Shown here piece after piece: positions 54,121-64,000 of a stretch of DNA of 64,000 nucleotides (position 1 is its first letter; each line of letters begins with the position of its first letter). Source of the stretch: Bacteroidaceae bacterium (GTDB lineage Bacteria > Bacteroidota > Bacteroidia > Bacteroidales > Bacteroidaceae); contig JAFZIA010000003.1 of assembly GCA_017554605.1 (NCBI GenBank), forward strand, positions 1,688 to 65,687. The letters run 5' to 3'. The position numbers and the translations under genes were made by a program. Under the pieces are notes generated by a model. It saw nothing but the letters and a program-made list of their open reading frames with translations, did no database searches and was not told where the DNA came from.

Positions 54121-56913
54121 ATGGAGGAGAAAGAGTGTATAATAATACGTGGGGCGAGAGTAAATAATCTCAAGAATATAGACATAGACATTCCACGCGG
54201 AAAATTGGTTGTAATAACCGGTCTGTCGGGTTCGGGAAAATCGTCCCTTGCCTTTGACACGCTGTATGCCGAAGGACAGCGCAGATATGTAGAGTCGCTC
54301 TCTTCATACGCCCGCCAGTTCCTGGGACAGATGAACAAGCCCGAGTGTGACTTTATTAAAGGCATTCCCCCCGCAATAGCAATTGAGCAGAAGGTGAACA
54401 ACCGCAACCCACGCTCCACTGTGGGCACAAGCACCGAAATTTACGAGTATATGAAACTGCTCTATGCCCGCATAGGAAAGACATACTCACCCGTAAGCGG
54501 CAAGCTCGTAAAACGCGACACAGTAGAAGATCTAATAGAATGCGTCAAGAACAGCCCCGAGGGCCGACGTTTTATGCTCCTTGCCCCCATTCCCAAGCGC
54601 AAGGGACGCACGTTGCAGGAGCAGCTTGCAATATATCTGCAACAGGGTTTTGCCCGTGTATGGGTAAGCGGAGAGGCAAAGCGCATAGATGAATATACCC
54701 CCGCCAAGGGCGAAGAGCCCCACCTGCTTGTCGACCGCCTGGCTGTGTCACACACGCAAGAGGCCGAGAGCCGCCTGCGCGATTCGGCCGAGACCGCATT
54801 CTACGAGGGCAACGGCTGCTGTATGCTACAATTCACCGACGAGGAGACACCGCACAGCTTCAGCATACGATTCGAAGCCGACGGCATTACATTCGACGAA
54901 CCCACCGAACAGATGTTCTCATTCAATTCACCGATAGGAGCTTGCCCCGACTGCGAAGGCTTCGGACGCATCGTCGGCATTGACGAGGACCTTGTCGTAC
55001 CAAACAAATCGCTAAGCGTATACGACGGCGCTGTATTCTGCTGGCGCGGCGAGAAGATGGGTGAGTGGAAAAACGAATTCTGCCTGCGCGCACCAAAGGA
55101 CGACTTTCCCATTTTTGAGCCATACTACAACCTCACGCAAGAGCAAAAGGATTACCTGTGGCACACGGGCCCCTTTATCGAGGAGTACGGCGAAAGCATC
55201 TGTATAGACAACTTCTTCAAGATGGTGAAAGAGAATCAGTACAAGATACAGTACCGTGTGATGCTGGCACGCTACCGCGGAAAGCCCATCTGCCCCACCT
55301 GCCACGGCACACGCCTCAAGAAAGAGTCGACATACGTAAAAGTGGGCGGCAAGAGCATCACCGAGCTCATTGAAATGCCCGTAACACGCTTGAAGGAGTT
55401 TTTCGACACACTGCAACTCGACGAGCACGACACCGCAATTGCCAAGCGCATACTCACCGAGATTAAGAACCGCGTCGACTGCCTGATAGACGTCGGGTTG
55501 GGCTATCTTACTATGAACCGACTGAGCAACAGCCTATCGGGCGGAGAAAGCCAACGAATAAACCTTGTGACATCGCTGGGCAGTAACCTTGTAGGCTCGT
55601 TGTACATACTCGACGAGCCGAGCATCGGACTGCACAGCCGCGACACAGAGAGGCTTATAAGCGTACTGCTGCGTCTGCGCGACCTGGGCAACACCGTTGT
55701 AGTAGTAGAGCACGACGAGGATATAATACGCGCTGCCGACTACATAATAGACGTAGGACCAAAAGCCGGCTCATACGGTGGCAACATTGTCTACAAGGGA
55801 AGTATGAACGACCTCACCCCTGCGTGCAACAGCTATACGGTAAAATACCTCCTGGGAACAGAGACCATACCCGTACCGACATTCCGCCGCACAAGCAACA
55901 ATTTCATCACCATAAAAGACGCACGCGAGAATAACCTCAAAGGAATAGACGTCAACTTCCCGCTCAACCTGCTCACCGTAGTAAGCGGAGTCAGCGGCTC
56001 GGGAAAATCCACCCTTGTACGCGATATTCTCTACCGCGCACTCAAGCGCCACTTTGGCGAGGTGTGCGACGCCCCCGGCCAGCACAGCAGCATAGAGGGA
56101 GCGCTGAAGCAAATCCGCGGAGTGGAGTTCATCGACCAGAACCCAATAGGAAAATCCTCACGCTCAAACGCCGTCACCTACCTCAAGGTGTACGACGACA
56201 TTCGCCACCTCTTTGCACAGCAGCCTCTTGCCAAGCAGTTGGGCTACGGCGCCGGATACTTCTCCTTTAACTCCGAGGGCGGACGCTGCGAGGAATGCAA
56301 GGGCGAAGGCAAGATAACCGTATCGATGCAGTTTATGGCCGACCTCCAGCTCGAATGCGACGTGTGCCACGGCAAGCGCTTCAAGAGAGAGGTGCTGGAA
56401 GTAAAATTTAAAGGAAAGAATATCTACGACATTCTCGAGATGACAGTGGGCGATGCAATAAACTTCTTCCAGGAGCACGGACAGAACCGCATAGCAAACG
56501 CACTGCAACCGTTGCAGGACGTGGGACTCGCCTACATTAAACTGGGACAAAGCTCCTCAACCCTCTCGGGCGGCGAGAACCAGCGCGTGAAGCTCGCCTC
56601 ATACCTTGGAATGCAAAACGACAAGCCCACGCTCTTCATCTTCGACGAGCCGACGACAGGACTGCACTTCCACGACATAAAGAAACTGCTCGACAGTTTC
56701 CGTCGACTTATAGAAAGAGGACACACCCTTGTCATCATCGAGCACAATATGGACGTCATAAAATGCGCCGATTATCTGATAGACCTTGGGCCCGACGGTG
56801 GCGAGAACGGTGGCAATCTTGTTGCCTGCGGAACACCCGAAGAGGTGGCTTCCTGCGAAGCATCGTACACAGGGCTATACTTAAAGGAAAAACTCGGTAT
56901 GCAACAGACCTAA
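54121..56913 (+). CDS. uvrA: Excinuclease ABC subunit A
   Basis: Two ABC modules ([12 protein letters not shown] and [10 protein letters not shown]), LSGGE signature motifs, and zinc-finger Cys clusters ([24 protein letters not shown]...CDVCHG). Confidence 0.93.
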   Translation: MEEKECIIIRGARVNNLKNIDIDIPRGKLVVITGLSGSGKSSLAFDTLYAEGQRRYVESLSSYARQFLGQMNKPECDFIKGIPPAIAIEQKVNNRNPRSTVGTSTEIYEYMKLLYARIGKTYSPVSGKLVKRDTVEDLIECVKNSPEGRRFMLLAPIPKRKGRTLQEQLAIYLQQGFARVWVSGEAKRIDEYTPAKGEEPHLLVDRLAVSHTQEAESRLRDSAETAFYEGNGCCMLQFTDEETPHSFSIRFEADGITFDEPTEQMFSFNSPIGACPDCEGFGRIVGIDEDLVVPNKSLSVYDGAVFCWRGEKMGEWKNEFCLRAPKDDFPIFEPYYNLTQEQKDYLWHTGPFIEEYGESICIDNFFKMVKENQYKIQYRVMLARYRGKPICPTCHGTRLKKESTYVKVGGKSITELIEMPVTRLKEFFDTLQLDEHDTAIAKRILTEIKNRVDCLIDVGLGYLTMNRLSNSLSGGESQRINLVTSLGSNLVGSLYILDEPSIGLHSRDTERLISVLLRLRDLGNTVVVVEHDEDIIRAADYIIDVGPKAGSYGGNIVYKGSMNDLTPACNSYTVKYLLGTETIPVPTFRRTSNNFITIKDARENNLKGIDVNFPLNLLTVVSGVSGSGKSTLVRDILYRALKRHFGEVCDAPGQHSSIEGALKQIRGVEFIDQNPIGKSSRSNAVTYLKVYDDIRHLFAQQPLAKQLGYGAGYFSFNSEGGRCEECKGEGKITVSMQFMADLQLECDVCHGKRFKREVLEVKFKGKNIYDILEMTVGDAINFFQEHGQNRIANALQPLQDVGLAYIKLGQSSSTLSGGENQRVKLASYLGMQNDKPTLFIFDEPTTGLHFHDIKKLLDSFRRLIERGHTLVIIEHNMDVIKCADYLIDLGPDGGENGGNLVACGTPEEVASCEASYTGLYLKEKLGMQQT

Positions 56914-56954
56914 GAATCATCTGTTACAATTGACAAATATCTTTAAGAGATTAG

Positions 56955-56982
56955 AAAAAAAGACCGGTTTCCCGGTCTTTTT
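56955..56982. terminator. Bidirectional terminator between uvrA and the convergent chromate transporter gene
   Basis: Stem agaccgg / ccggtct flanked by an A-run and a T-run. Confidence 0.6.
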
Positions 56983-57005
56983 CATAGTTGCCTTGCAATA
57001 CAGCC

Positions 57006-57590
57006 TCAAGACAGCAATCCATAAACAACTCCGCCTATTGCGCCGCAGATAACAAGAATAAGAATTGGACCAAGCTTAAAAAAACGCAGCGCCACAAACG
57101 CAAACAAAAAGAGAGCTACACTCACCCAAAATTGCAAGGGAGCATCGACAAGAGAGCCGAAATTATCGCTGTTCATCAACAGGAGCGCGGCCGAGGCTAT
57201 GAGCCCGACAACAGCAGGACGAAGCACACCGAAAAGCTCCTCCACCCTCTTGTGGCGCGAGTATTTCATAAGCCACCGGCTTATAATGAGCATAAGAATA
57301 AACGAAGGAAGCATAACGGCAAACGACGCGACAAGAGAACCAAGGACAGCAAGCGGAACTGTCCCTCCACTGTTGATGACCGACGTATATCCGACAAAGG
57401 TTGCCGAGTTTATTCCGATGGGGCCGGGTGTCATCTGGCTCACAGCCACAATATCGGTAAACTCCTGCACACTAAGCCAGCCGTGACGCGCCACCACCTC
57501 GCCTTGAATGAGCGAGAGCATTCCGTATCCTCCGCCAAAGCCAAAGAGTCCAATCTTGAAAAACGTATAGAAGAGTTCCAAAAAAATCAT
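57006..57590 (-). CDS. Chromate transporter (CHR) family protein, half-size
   Basis: MIFLELFYTFFKIGLFGFGGGYGMLSLIQ, typical of a CHR domain. Confidence 0.85.
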   Translation of the reverse strand: MIFLELFYTFFKIGLFGFGGGYGMLSLIQGEVVARHGWLSVQEFTDIVAVSQMTPGPIGINSATFVGYTSVINSGGTVPLAVLGSLVASFAVMLPSFILMLIISRWLMKYSRHKRVEELFGVLRPAVVGLIASAALLLMNSDNFGSLVDAPLQFWVSVALFLFAFVALRFFKLGPILILVICGAIGGVVYGLLS

Positions 57591-58132
57591 CTTGCACCCC
57601 CTTTCACTCTACCCCATACAATGCCGCCCACCACAGCAAGCATAATAATGTACACAGGCGACAAGCCCATCGCCACAATGAGCAGAGCCGAGAGGAGGGG
57701 TATCCACACATTTGTCCACCCAATGCGAGCACTCTTTGCCAACGAGAATACAGGAGCAGCAATGAGCGCCACCACAGCAGGACGCAACCCCTTGAATACA
57801 TTATTCACAATCTCATTCTCGCGAAATCCGTTGAAGAACATCGCTATGAGCAGAATGATGATAACCGACGGTGCCACACAACCGAGCGAAGCAGCAACAG
57901 CTCCGCGCAACCTGCGGAGCTTATACCCAATGAAGATTGACATATTGACGGCAAACACTCCTGGTGCCGACTGTGCAACAGCCAGCAGATCGACAAATTC
58001 CTCCTTCGAAAGCCAGCAATTACGCTCAACCACATATTTCTCTATGAGAGGTATCATAGCATAGCCTCCTCCTATGGTAAAAAGACCGATGCGGAGGAAG
58101 GTAAAAAACAATTTCAACAACTCAGTAGTCAT
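57587..58132 (-). CDS. Chromate transporter (CHR) family protein, half-size
   Basis: LLKLFFTFLRIGLFTIGGGYAMIPLIE. ATGA overlap with the downstream half. ATG 58132 is preferred over the TTG at 58141. Confidence 0.8.
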   Translation of the reverse strand: MTTELLKLFFTFLRIGLFTIGGGYAMIPLIEKYVVERNCWLSKEEFVDLLAVAQSAPGVFAVNMSIFIGYKLRRLRGAVAASLGCVAPSVIIILLIAMFFNGFRENEIVNNVFKGLRPAVVALIAAPVFSLAKSARIGWTNVWIPLLSALLIVAMGLSPVYIIMLAVVGGIVWGRVKGGAR

Positions 58133-58149
58133 AATGTACAAATATAATC

Positions 58150-58171
58150 AAAGAGGGCTCTCGCCCTCTTT
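58150..58171 (-). terminator. Hairpin after purL
   Basis: 9-bp stem aaagagggc / gccctcttt with a 4-nt loop. Confidence 0.45.
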
Positions 58172-58194
58172 GACCTTCATTTAACAATATACTG

Positions 58195-61100
58195 TTACTT
58201 TGTCTTCTCTACGACCCAGTTGTAAGCATTGCGGAATATCTCAATCCAAGGTGTCACATCGTCGGCAATGTGGTTCTGAGGATAGTTTGCACATTGCCAG
58301 GGGAAGATGGCACGCTCGGGGTGAGGCATCATTGCCACGTGACGGCCGTTGGCGCTTGCAAGGGCTGCGACGTTGTATGCCGAACCGTTGGGGTTCGCGG
58401 GATAACCATCGTAGGCGTAACGTGCCACAATGTTGTAACGCTCTGCCTCGTAGGGAAGGTCGAACTTACCCTCGCCGTGAGCAACCCACACACCCAAACG
58501 ACTATTTGAGAGCGAACCGAAGAGTACGCTGTTGTTCTCGGGGATATTTACACCCACAAACGACGACTCGAACTTGTGCGAATTATTGTGACGCATATAT
58601 CCGCGCTCCTCGTGCTCGGGGTTGATGAGGTTGAGCTCCATCATCAACTGGCAACCGTTACAGATACCGAGCGAGAGAGTGTCCTCGCGCTGGTAGAAGC
58701 GGTCGAGCGCAGCCTTGGCCTGAGGATTGAAGAGGAAACCTCCTGCCCAACCTTTAGCCGAGCCAAGAACGTCGGAGTTGGAGAATCCGCCGCAGAACAC
58801 GATGAAGTTCACCTCGTCGAGTGTCTCGCGACCGCTGATAAGGTCGGTCATTGTAACGTCCTTCACGTCGAAACCTGCAAGGTGCATTGCGTATGCCATC
58901 TCACGCTCGCCGTTTGTACCCTTCTCGCGGATAATAGCTGCACGCACGCCCGATTTCTCGCGGCGGTCGGCCGACATTCCGTAGCTCTCGAGCATACCTG
59001 TGAAGTTGGCGGGCAGACGGAAGCGCAGGGGCTGTACCTTGTAGTTGCGCAGACGCTCGTCGGCACAGCCGTTGAAGCTCTGCTTGCGGTCCATAAGGTA
59101 CGAGCTGTCGTACCACACGTCGCGGTAGTGGTCGATGTCGAAGAGGCGTGTACGCTTGTCCTTGGCAACAGCAATATGACGTTTCTTTGTGGGAACACCA
59201 ATCTTGACGAAGCAGATACCTGCATTGTCGAGTATCTCCTGCATACGGCATTTGTCCTTGTCGGCAACCTGAATTACAAGTGCAGGGTTCTCGGCAAAGA
59301 GAAGTTTTACTATATCATTCTCGGCAATGGAGTTAAGATCAATCTCCATACCGCCGTCAACATTTGCGAAACACATCTCGAGCAATGTGGTTATGAGACC
59401 ACCAGCCGATACGTCGTGACCGGCAAGGAGAAGTCCCTCGTTCACGAGTTTCTGTACAGCATCGAAAGCCTCGGCAAAATACTCGGGGTTCTCAACCGAA
59501 GGAACATCGCTGCCCACACAGTTGAGCGACTGTGCAAATGCCGAACCGCCCAAACGCAATGTATCGAAGCTGAAGTCGATGTGGTAGAATGCGCTCTTGG
59601 GCTCATTCACCATCACGGGCGAAACAACCTTGCGTACATCTGAAACCTCACCGCCGGCCGACACGATTACTGTACCCGGGCTTATTACCTTAGTACCGTC
59701 GGGGTACTTCTGTGTCATTGAGAGCGAGTCCTTACCTGTGGGGACATTTATCTTGAGGTCGCAGCAGAAATCCGAGAGAGCCTCAACGCCACGATAGAGA
59801 CGTGCGTCCTCGCCCTGTTGCGAGCGGCAAGGCCACATCCAGTTTGCACTGAGCGATACAGTCTTTATTCCATCGGCAAGAGGAGCAAGAACGATGTTTG
59901 TCAGTGCCTCGGCAACAGCAAGCACAGAGCCCTTTGCGGGGTCGGCAAGACCTGCCTGGGGAGCGTGACCGATTGATGTTGCGATACCCTTGCGTCCGCG
60001 ATAGTCGAGTGTCACTACACCGCAGTCGCTCAAGGGAAGCTGAATCTCGCCTTGGCACTGCTGGCGTGCAATTTTACCTGTCACCGAACGGTCTACCTTG
60101 TTTGTCAACCAATCCTTGCAGGCAACAGCCTCGAGGCGGAGCACATTTGTAAGATATTCCTCAATCCTGTCGGCATCGTACTCGGCATTCTTGTACTTAC
60201 GCTCAACGGTTGTATCGTTCATATATGTCTTGGGCGACGAGCCAAACATCTGGCTTACAGAGAGGTCGAAGGGACGTACACCGTCGGCCTGCTCGAAAGC
60301 GAAACGGGCGTCACCTGTTGTCTCGCCGACAACGTACATAGGAGCACGCTCACGCTCGGCAACCTTGCGCACATATTCAATGGCATCTTCCTTTATGAGC
60401 AGACCCATACGCTCCTGCGACTCGTTGGCAATGATTTCCTTTGCCGAGAGAGTCTTGTCACCTACGGGGAGCTTTGACATATCGATGAGACCGCCGCACT
60501 CCTCAACAAGCTCCGAGAGACAGTTGACGTGTCCTGCCGAACCGTGGTCGTGGATAGATACTACGGGGTTGTTGTCGTCCTCGCACAATGCACGTACCAC
60601 GTTGTATGCACGTTTCTGCATCTCGGCATTGGCACGCTGAACGGCGTTGAGCTCGATACCCGATGAATAACGGCCTGTATCGACCGACGATACTGAACCG
60701 CCGCCAAGACCGATACGGTAGTTGTCGCCACCCATCACAATGACCTTGTTACCCTTCTCGGGCGAGCCCTTGAGGCAGTCGCGGCGTGTACCGTAGCCCA
60801 CACCACCTGCAAGCATAATAACTTTGTCGTATCCGTATACCTCGTTGTTCTCGGCGTGCTCGAATGTAAGCACCGAACCGCAGATAAGGGGCTGACCGAA
60901 CTTGTTACCGAAGTCCGAAGCACCGTTAGATGCCTTTATAAGAATCTGCTCGGGTGTCTGATAGAGCCATTTGCGCACGGGCAGGAGCTCCTCCCAGCAA
61001 CGGTCCTCGTATGTACGGGGGTACGATGTCATATATACCGCAGTACCGGCAATGGGCCAAGAACCCTTACCGCCACCCATACGGTCGCGTATCTCACCGC

Positions 61101-61896
61101 CTGTTCCTGTTGAAGCACCGTTGAAAGGCTCAACGGTTGTGGGGAAGTTGTGTGTCTCGGCCTTGAGCGAAATTACAGTCTCAATATCCTTTATTACAAA
61201 GTAGTCGGGCATAGAGTGGTCGGCGGGAGCGAACTGCTCAACCACGGGACCCTGCGCAAATGCCACGTTATCCTTGTAAGCCGAAATAATCTTATTTGGA
61301 TTCTCGTTTGTGGTACGCTTTATCATTGCAAAGAGTGACGAAGGCATCTCCTCGCCGTCGATGATGAATGTACCGCCGAAAATCTTGTGACGGCAGTGCT
61401 CCGAGTTTATCTGTGCAAAGCCGAACACCTCGCTGTCGGTGAGCTTGCGTCCGAGCTCGCCCTCGACACGGTGCAGGTAGTCTATCTCCTCCTTTGAGAG
61501 GGCAAGACCCTCGGCCTCGTTGTAGGAATCAAGGTCCTCAATGAACTCAATGGGACGGGGCTCAATATCTATCTTGAAGATATTCTGGTCGAGTCCGCTG
61601 TACATACGCTGGAGCATAGGGTCGTACTCGGCATTCTGGTCCTTCACCGCAAAATACTCCTCGATGCGCACAACACCGCCGACACCCATATTCTGGGTAA
61701 TCTCAACAGCATTGGTACTCCAGGGAGTAACCATCTCGCGACGAGGACCTACATAGTATCCCTCGAGCGCCTCACCCTCGGCAAGTGTAGCCTCACCGTA
61801 GAGCCAGCATAGTTTCTCTATCTCTTCTTGACTGAAAGTGTGGGTAACCTCGGTTGCTATCACCGTATTACCCTTGGTGACAAAAAAGTAAATCAT
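58195..61896 (-). CDS. purL: Phosphoribosylformylglycinamidine synthase (single-chain large PurL)
   Basis: 1233 aa. FGAM synthase N-domain, AIR-synthase-like repeats (SEHCRHK..., DHGSAGH...) and a C-terminal glutaminase domain with GICNGCQ. Confidence 0.95.
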   Translation of the reverse strand: MIYFFVTKGNTVIATEVTHTFSQEEIEKLCWLYGEATLAEGEALEGYYVGPRREMVTPWSTNAVEITQNMGVGGVVRIEEYFAVKDQNAEYDPMLQRMYSGLDQNIFKIDIEPRPIEFIEDLDSYNEAEGLALSKEEIDYLHRVEGELGRKLTDSEVFGFAQINSEHCRHKIFGGTFIIDGEEMPSSLFAMIKRTTNENPNKIISAYKDNVAFAQGPVVEQFAPADHSMPDYFVIKDIETVISLKAETHNFPTTVEPFNGASTGTGGEIRDRMGGGKGSWPIAGTAVYMTSYPRTYEDRCWEELLPVRKWLYQTPEQILIKASNGASDFGNKFGQPLICGSVLTFEHAENNEVYGYDKVIMLAGGVGYGTRRDCLKGSPEKGNKVIVMGGDNYRIGLGGGSVSSVDTGRYSSGIELNAVQRANAEMQKRAYNVVRALCEDDNNPVVSIHDHGSAGHVNCLSELVEECGGLIDMSKLPVGDKTLSAKEIIANESQERMGLLIKEDAIEYVRKVAERERAPMYVVGETTGDARFAFEQADGVRPFDLSVSQMFGSSPKTYMNDTTVERKYKNAEYDADRIEEYLTNVLRLEAVACKDWLTNKVDRSVTGKIARQQCQGEIQLPLSDCGVVTLDYRGRKGIATSIGHAPQAGLADPAKGSVLAVAEALTNIVLAPLADGIKTVSLSANWMWPCRSQQGEDARLYRGVEALSDFCCDLKINVPTGKDSLSMTQKYPDGTKVISPGTVIVSAGGEVSDVRKVVSPVMVNEPKSAFYHIDFSFDTLRLGGSAFAQSLNCVGSDVPSVENPEYFAEAFDAVQKLVNEGLLLAGHDVSAGGLITTLLEMCFANVDGGMEIDLNSIAENDIVKLLFAENPALVIQVADKDKCRMQEILDNAGICFVKIGVPTKKRHIAVAKDKRTRLFDIDHYRDVWYDSSYLMDRKQSFNGCADERLRNYKVQPLRFRLPANFTGMLESYGMSADRREKSGVRAAIIREKGTNGEREMAYAMHLAGFDVKDVTMTDLISGRETLDEVNFIVFCGGFSNSDVLGSAKGWAGGFLFNPQAKAALDRFYQREDTLSLGICNGCQLMMELNLINPEHEERGYMRHNNSHKFESSFVGVNIPENNSVLFGSLSNSRLGVWVAHGEGKFDLPYEAERYNIVARYAYDGYPANPNGSAYNVAALASANGRHVAMMPHPERAIFPWQCANYPQNHIADDVTPWIEIFRNAYNWVVEKTK

Positions 61897-62084
61897 AAAA
61901 GATTATTTATGTAAGTTATTTATCGACATAACCATTGTACAGAGGTAACTACTCCCCTGCAAATTCTATGCGAAGATAGCACAAAAAAAACAAAACTGCG
62001 GGCACACTGCTGTACTTTTTATTAAACAAGGTTATTATTTTATATAAAACTCCCTACAAGTATGCTTTTTCTCTGCGAATTTTC

Positions 62085-62092
62085 TACTTTTG
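62085..62092 (+). promoter_or_regulatory. Candidate -7 box (TACTTTTG) for the ZIP transporter gene
   Basis: Exact TAnnTTTG, 25 nt before ATG 62118. Confidence 0.4.
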
Positions 62093-62117
62093 CAAGCTGT
62101 AAAAACAGTATTCGATT

Positions 62118-62894
62118 ATGGAAAATATTTTACTTGGATTTTCTATTCCTTTCATAGGCACAGCAGTGGGTGCTGCATTGGTATTCTTTTTGCGCGACAA
62201 GATAACCGACTTTGCACAGAAACTGATGTTGGGCTTTGCCTCGGGAGTGATGATGGCGGCAAGCTTTTGGTCGCTGCTGCAACCCGCGCTGGAACAGTGC
62301 GAGAGCAGTCTTGTCGGAATCTTGCCTGTTATTGGCGGCTTTGTCGTGGGAATGGGTTTCCTGTATCTGCTCGATTCTTTTGTGCCCCACCAGCATATTG
62401 GCGACGAAGAGTCGGAGGGTGTGCGCTCCTCGCTACCCCGCTCCACCAAGCTCATACTGGCCGTAGCACTGCACAATATCCCCGAGGGAATGGCAGTGGG
62501 CGTAGTCTTTGCGGGTATCCTCAACGGCGACACCTCGCTCACGCTCGCCGGTTCGTTTGCATTGTCAACAGGTATGGCAGTGCAGAATATCCCCGAGGGA
62601 GCAATAATCGCAATGCCTCTGCGCCAGGAGGGCAAGAGCCGTGCAAGTGCCTTCACAATGGGAGCACTCTCGGGACTTGTGGAGCCCGTTGCCGCAGTAT
62701 GCACGCTGCTGTTCCTCGACAACGCATCGGGTGCAATGCCGCCCCTGCTTGCCTTTGCTGCCGGAGCTATGCTCTACGTGATTGTAGAGGAGCTTATCCC
62801 CGCCTCGCAGGCAGGCAAACACAGCAACGTAGGAACAATTGGCTTTGCTTGCGGTTTTATTCTTATGATGATACTCGACACCGTATTGGGATAA
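62118..62894 (+). CDS. ZIP-family divalent metal transporter (ZupT-like)
   Basis: Multi-transmembrane protein with HNIPEGMAVG and QNIPEGA motifs. Confidence 0.88.
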   Translation: MENILLGFSIPFIGTAVGAALVFFLRDKITDFAQKLMLGFASGVMMAASFWSLLQPALEQCESSLVGILPVIGGFVVGMGFLYLLDSFVPHQHIGDEESEGVRSSLPRSTKLILAVALHNIPEGMAVGVVFAGILNGDTSLTLAGSFALSTGMAVQNIPEGAIIAMPLRQEGKSRASAFTMGALSGLVEPVAAVCTLLFLDNASGAMPPLLAFAAGAMLYVIVEELIPASQAGKHSNVGTIGFACGFILMMILDTVLG

Positions 62895-63164
62895 AGGGAA
62901 GGAGCATCACAAATTTACGGTAGGTTCTATAAATTAGTCCGAGTCGATTTTTGAATTTATTGTGAGTATATTATTTATCTCGATGGTGCAACCTCGGGCG
63001 TTGCAACTTAGTAAGAATGAATAAGATGCCATAATAAAATAAAAGGAGACCGAAACAGGACAGACTATACTATGGACATTAATAAGTAATTTACAGAACC
63101 TCCCTTGTAAAAAACGCCGTTATTTTAACGGCAAAAAGCCATCCACCCCAAAAACATTTTTTAC

Positions 63165-63172
63165 TACATTTG
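63165..63172 (+). promoter_or_regulatory. Candidate -7 box (TACATTTG) for the nuo operon
   Basis: Exact TAnnTTTG, 72 nt before ATG 63245. Confidence 0.45.
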
Positions 63173-63244
63173 CGGGCAGACAGCACTACAAAAGCTGTTA
63201 CAAATGCATTACACTTTGATTAAAAACAATTTATAAAAAGAAAT

Positions 63245-63595
63245 ATGAATTTCGTCCTATTGTTCACAATGATTGTAGCGTCAACAATTCTGGTGTTTGC
63301 CGGAATGTTGGTGGCACGCCTAATCTCGCCCCGCACGCACAATCGCCAGAAAGGCGAGGCCTACGAGTGCGGTATTCCCACACAAGGCGAGACGTGGGTA
63401 CACTTCAGGGCAGGATATTATCTGTTCGCCATTCTTTTCCTTATGTTCGACATTGAGACAGTATTCCTGTTCCCTTGGGCAACCATAGTCAAGGAACTTG
63501 GAATGAAGGCTCTATTGGGAATACTTTTCTTCTTATTTATCCTCATACTTGGCCTTGCCTACGCTTGGCGCAAGAAAGCACTTGAATGGAAATGA
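63245..63595 (+). CDS. nuoA: NADH-quinone oxidoreductase subunit A
   Basis: 116 aa with three transmembrane helices. YECGI and [11 protein letters not shown] motifs. Confidence 0.92.
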   Translation: MNFVLLFTMIVASTILVFAGMLVARLISPRTHNRQKGEAYECGIPTQGETWVHFRAGYYLFAILFLMFDIETVFLFPWATIVKELGMKALLGILFFLFILILGLAYAWRKKALEWK

Positions 63596-64000
63596 AAAAG
63601 CCCGAGATAAAATCTATCCCTTACGAGGAGTTCAAGGACAACGAGACACTCGAGGCCCTTATCCAGGAAATAAACAAGGAACGCACCAATGTACTCGTGG
63701 GCAAGCTCGACGAGCTCATCAACTGGGGCAGGAGCAACTCACTGTGGTCGCTCACCTTTGCCACAAGCTGCTGCGGCATTGAGTTTATGGCTGTGGGTGC
63801 AGCCCGCTACGACTTTGCCCGCTTCGGATTCGAGGTGACACGCAACTCACCCCGCCAGGCCGACCTCATAATGGTTGCAGGAACAATAACGCACAAGATG
63901 GCACCCGTACTGAAGCGCCTCTACGACCAGATGGCCGATCCCAAATACGTTGTTGCCGTAGGCGGTTGCGCCATAAGCGGCGGACCTTTCAAGGGGTCGT
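63592..64000 (+). CDS. nuoB: NADH-quinone oxidoreductase subunit B (3' end outside window)
   Basis: My translation is MKKPEIKS...[23 protein letters not shown]...[13 protein letters not shown]...[18 protein letters not shown] overlap with nuoA. Confidence 0.92.
   Translation, partial: MKKPEIKSIPYEEFKDNETLEALIQEINKERTNVLVGKLDELINWGRSNSLWSLTFATSCCGIEFMAVGAARYDFARFGFEVTRNSPRQADLIMVAGTITHKMAPVLKRLYDQMADPKYVVAVGGCAISGGPFKGS

Noticed and set aside
1-64000. A scan by eye for CRISPR arrays, rRNA genes, integrases or transposases, toxin-antitoxin pairs and known defence-system genes
   Set aside because: - No regularly spaced direct repeats were seen.
- No rRNA-like sequence was seen.
- No recombinase, transposase or nuclease/helicase defence signatures appeared in any long ORF.

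Overview
The window is a chromosomal segment from a Bacteroidales bacterium, Prevotellaceae- or Muribaculaceae-like. The lineage call rests on several signals: TAnnTTTG-type -7 promoter boxes, an rpmB-rpmG-DUF4295 cluster, a SusC/SusD pair, and secreted proteins with T9SS-style C-terminal tails. All family assignments come from motifs read by eye in the translated ORFs; no searches were run.

Most of the window is core housekeeping:
- DNA repair: radA, uvrA.
- Translation: tsaD, rpmB, rpmG, rsmI, tRNA-Lys.
- Central and biosynthetic metabolism: pfkA, ispH, cmk, manA, thrA, purL, ald, DAHP synthase/chorismate mutase, nuoA, nuoB.

Accessory surface and secretion genes are interspersed:
- A SusC/SusD/DUF4843/PKD-like cluster lies next to a 1614-aa GH95 glycosidase. 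That protein carries four N-terminal tandem modules and a T9SS-like tail.
- Two BspA-type LRR proteins are present.
- A reprolysin-like metalloprotease sits between two outer-membrane barrels.
- A PorQ-like gene is present.

I saw no integrase, transposase, CRISPR array, rRNA or recognisable defence genes.

The most unusual DNA-level signal is a ~200-270 bp element bounded by inverted repeats. It occurs twice, at 4054-4325 and 42488-42683, nearly identical and in opposite orientation. The second copy fills a divergent promoter region and ends 7 nt before the start codon of a surface-protein gene. It could be a MITE or an invertible promoter.
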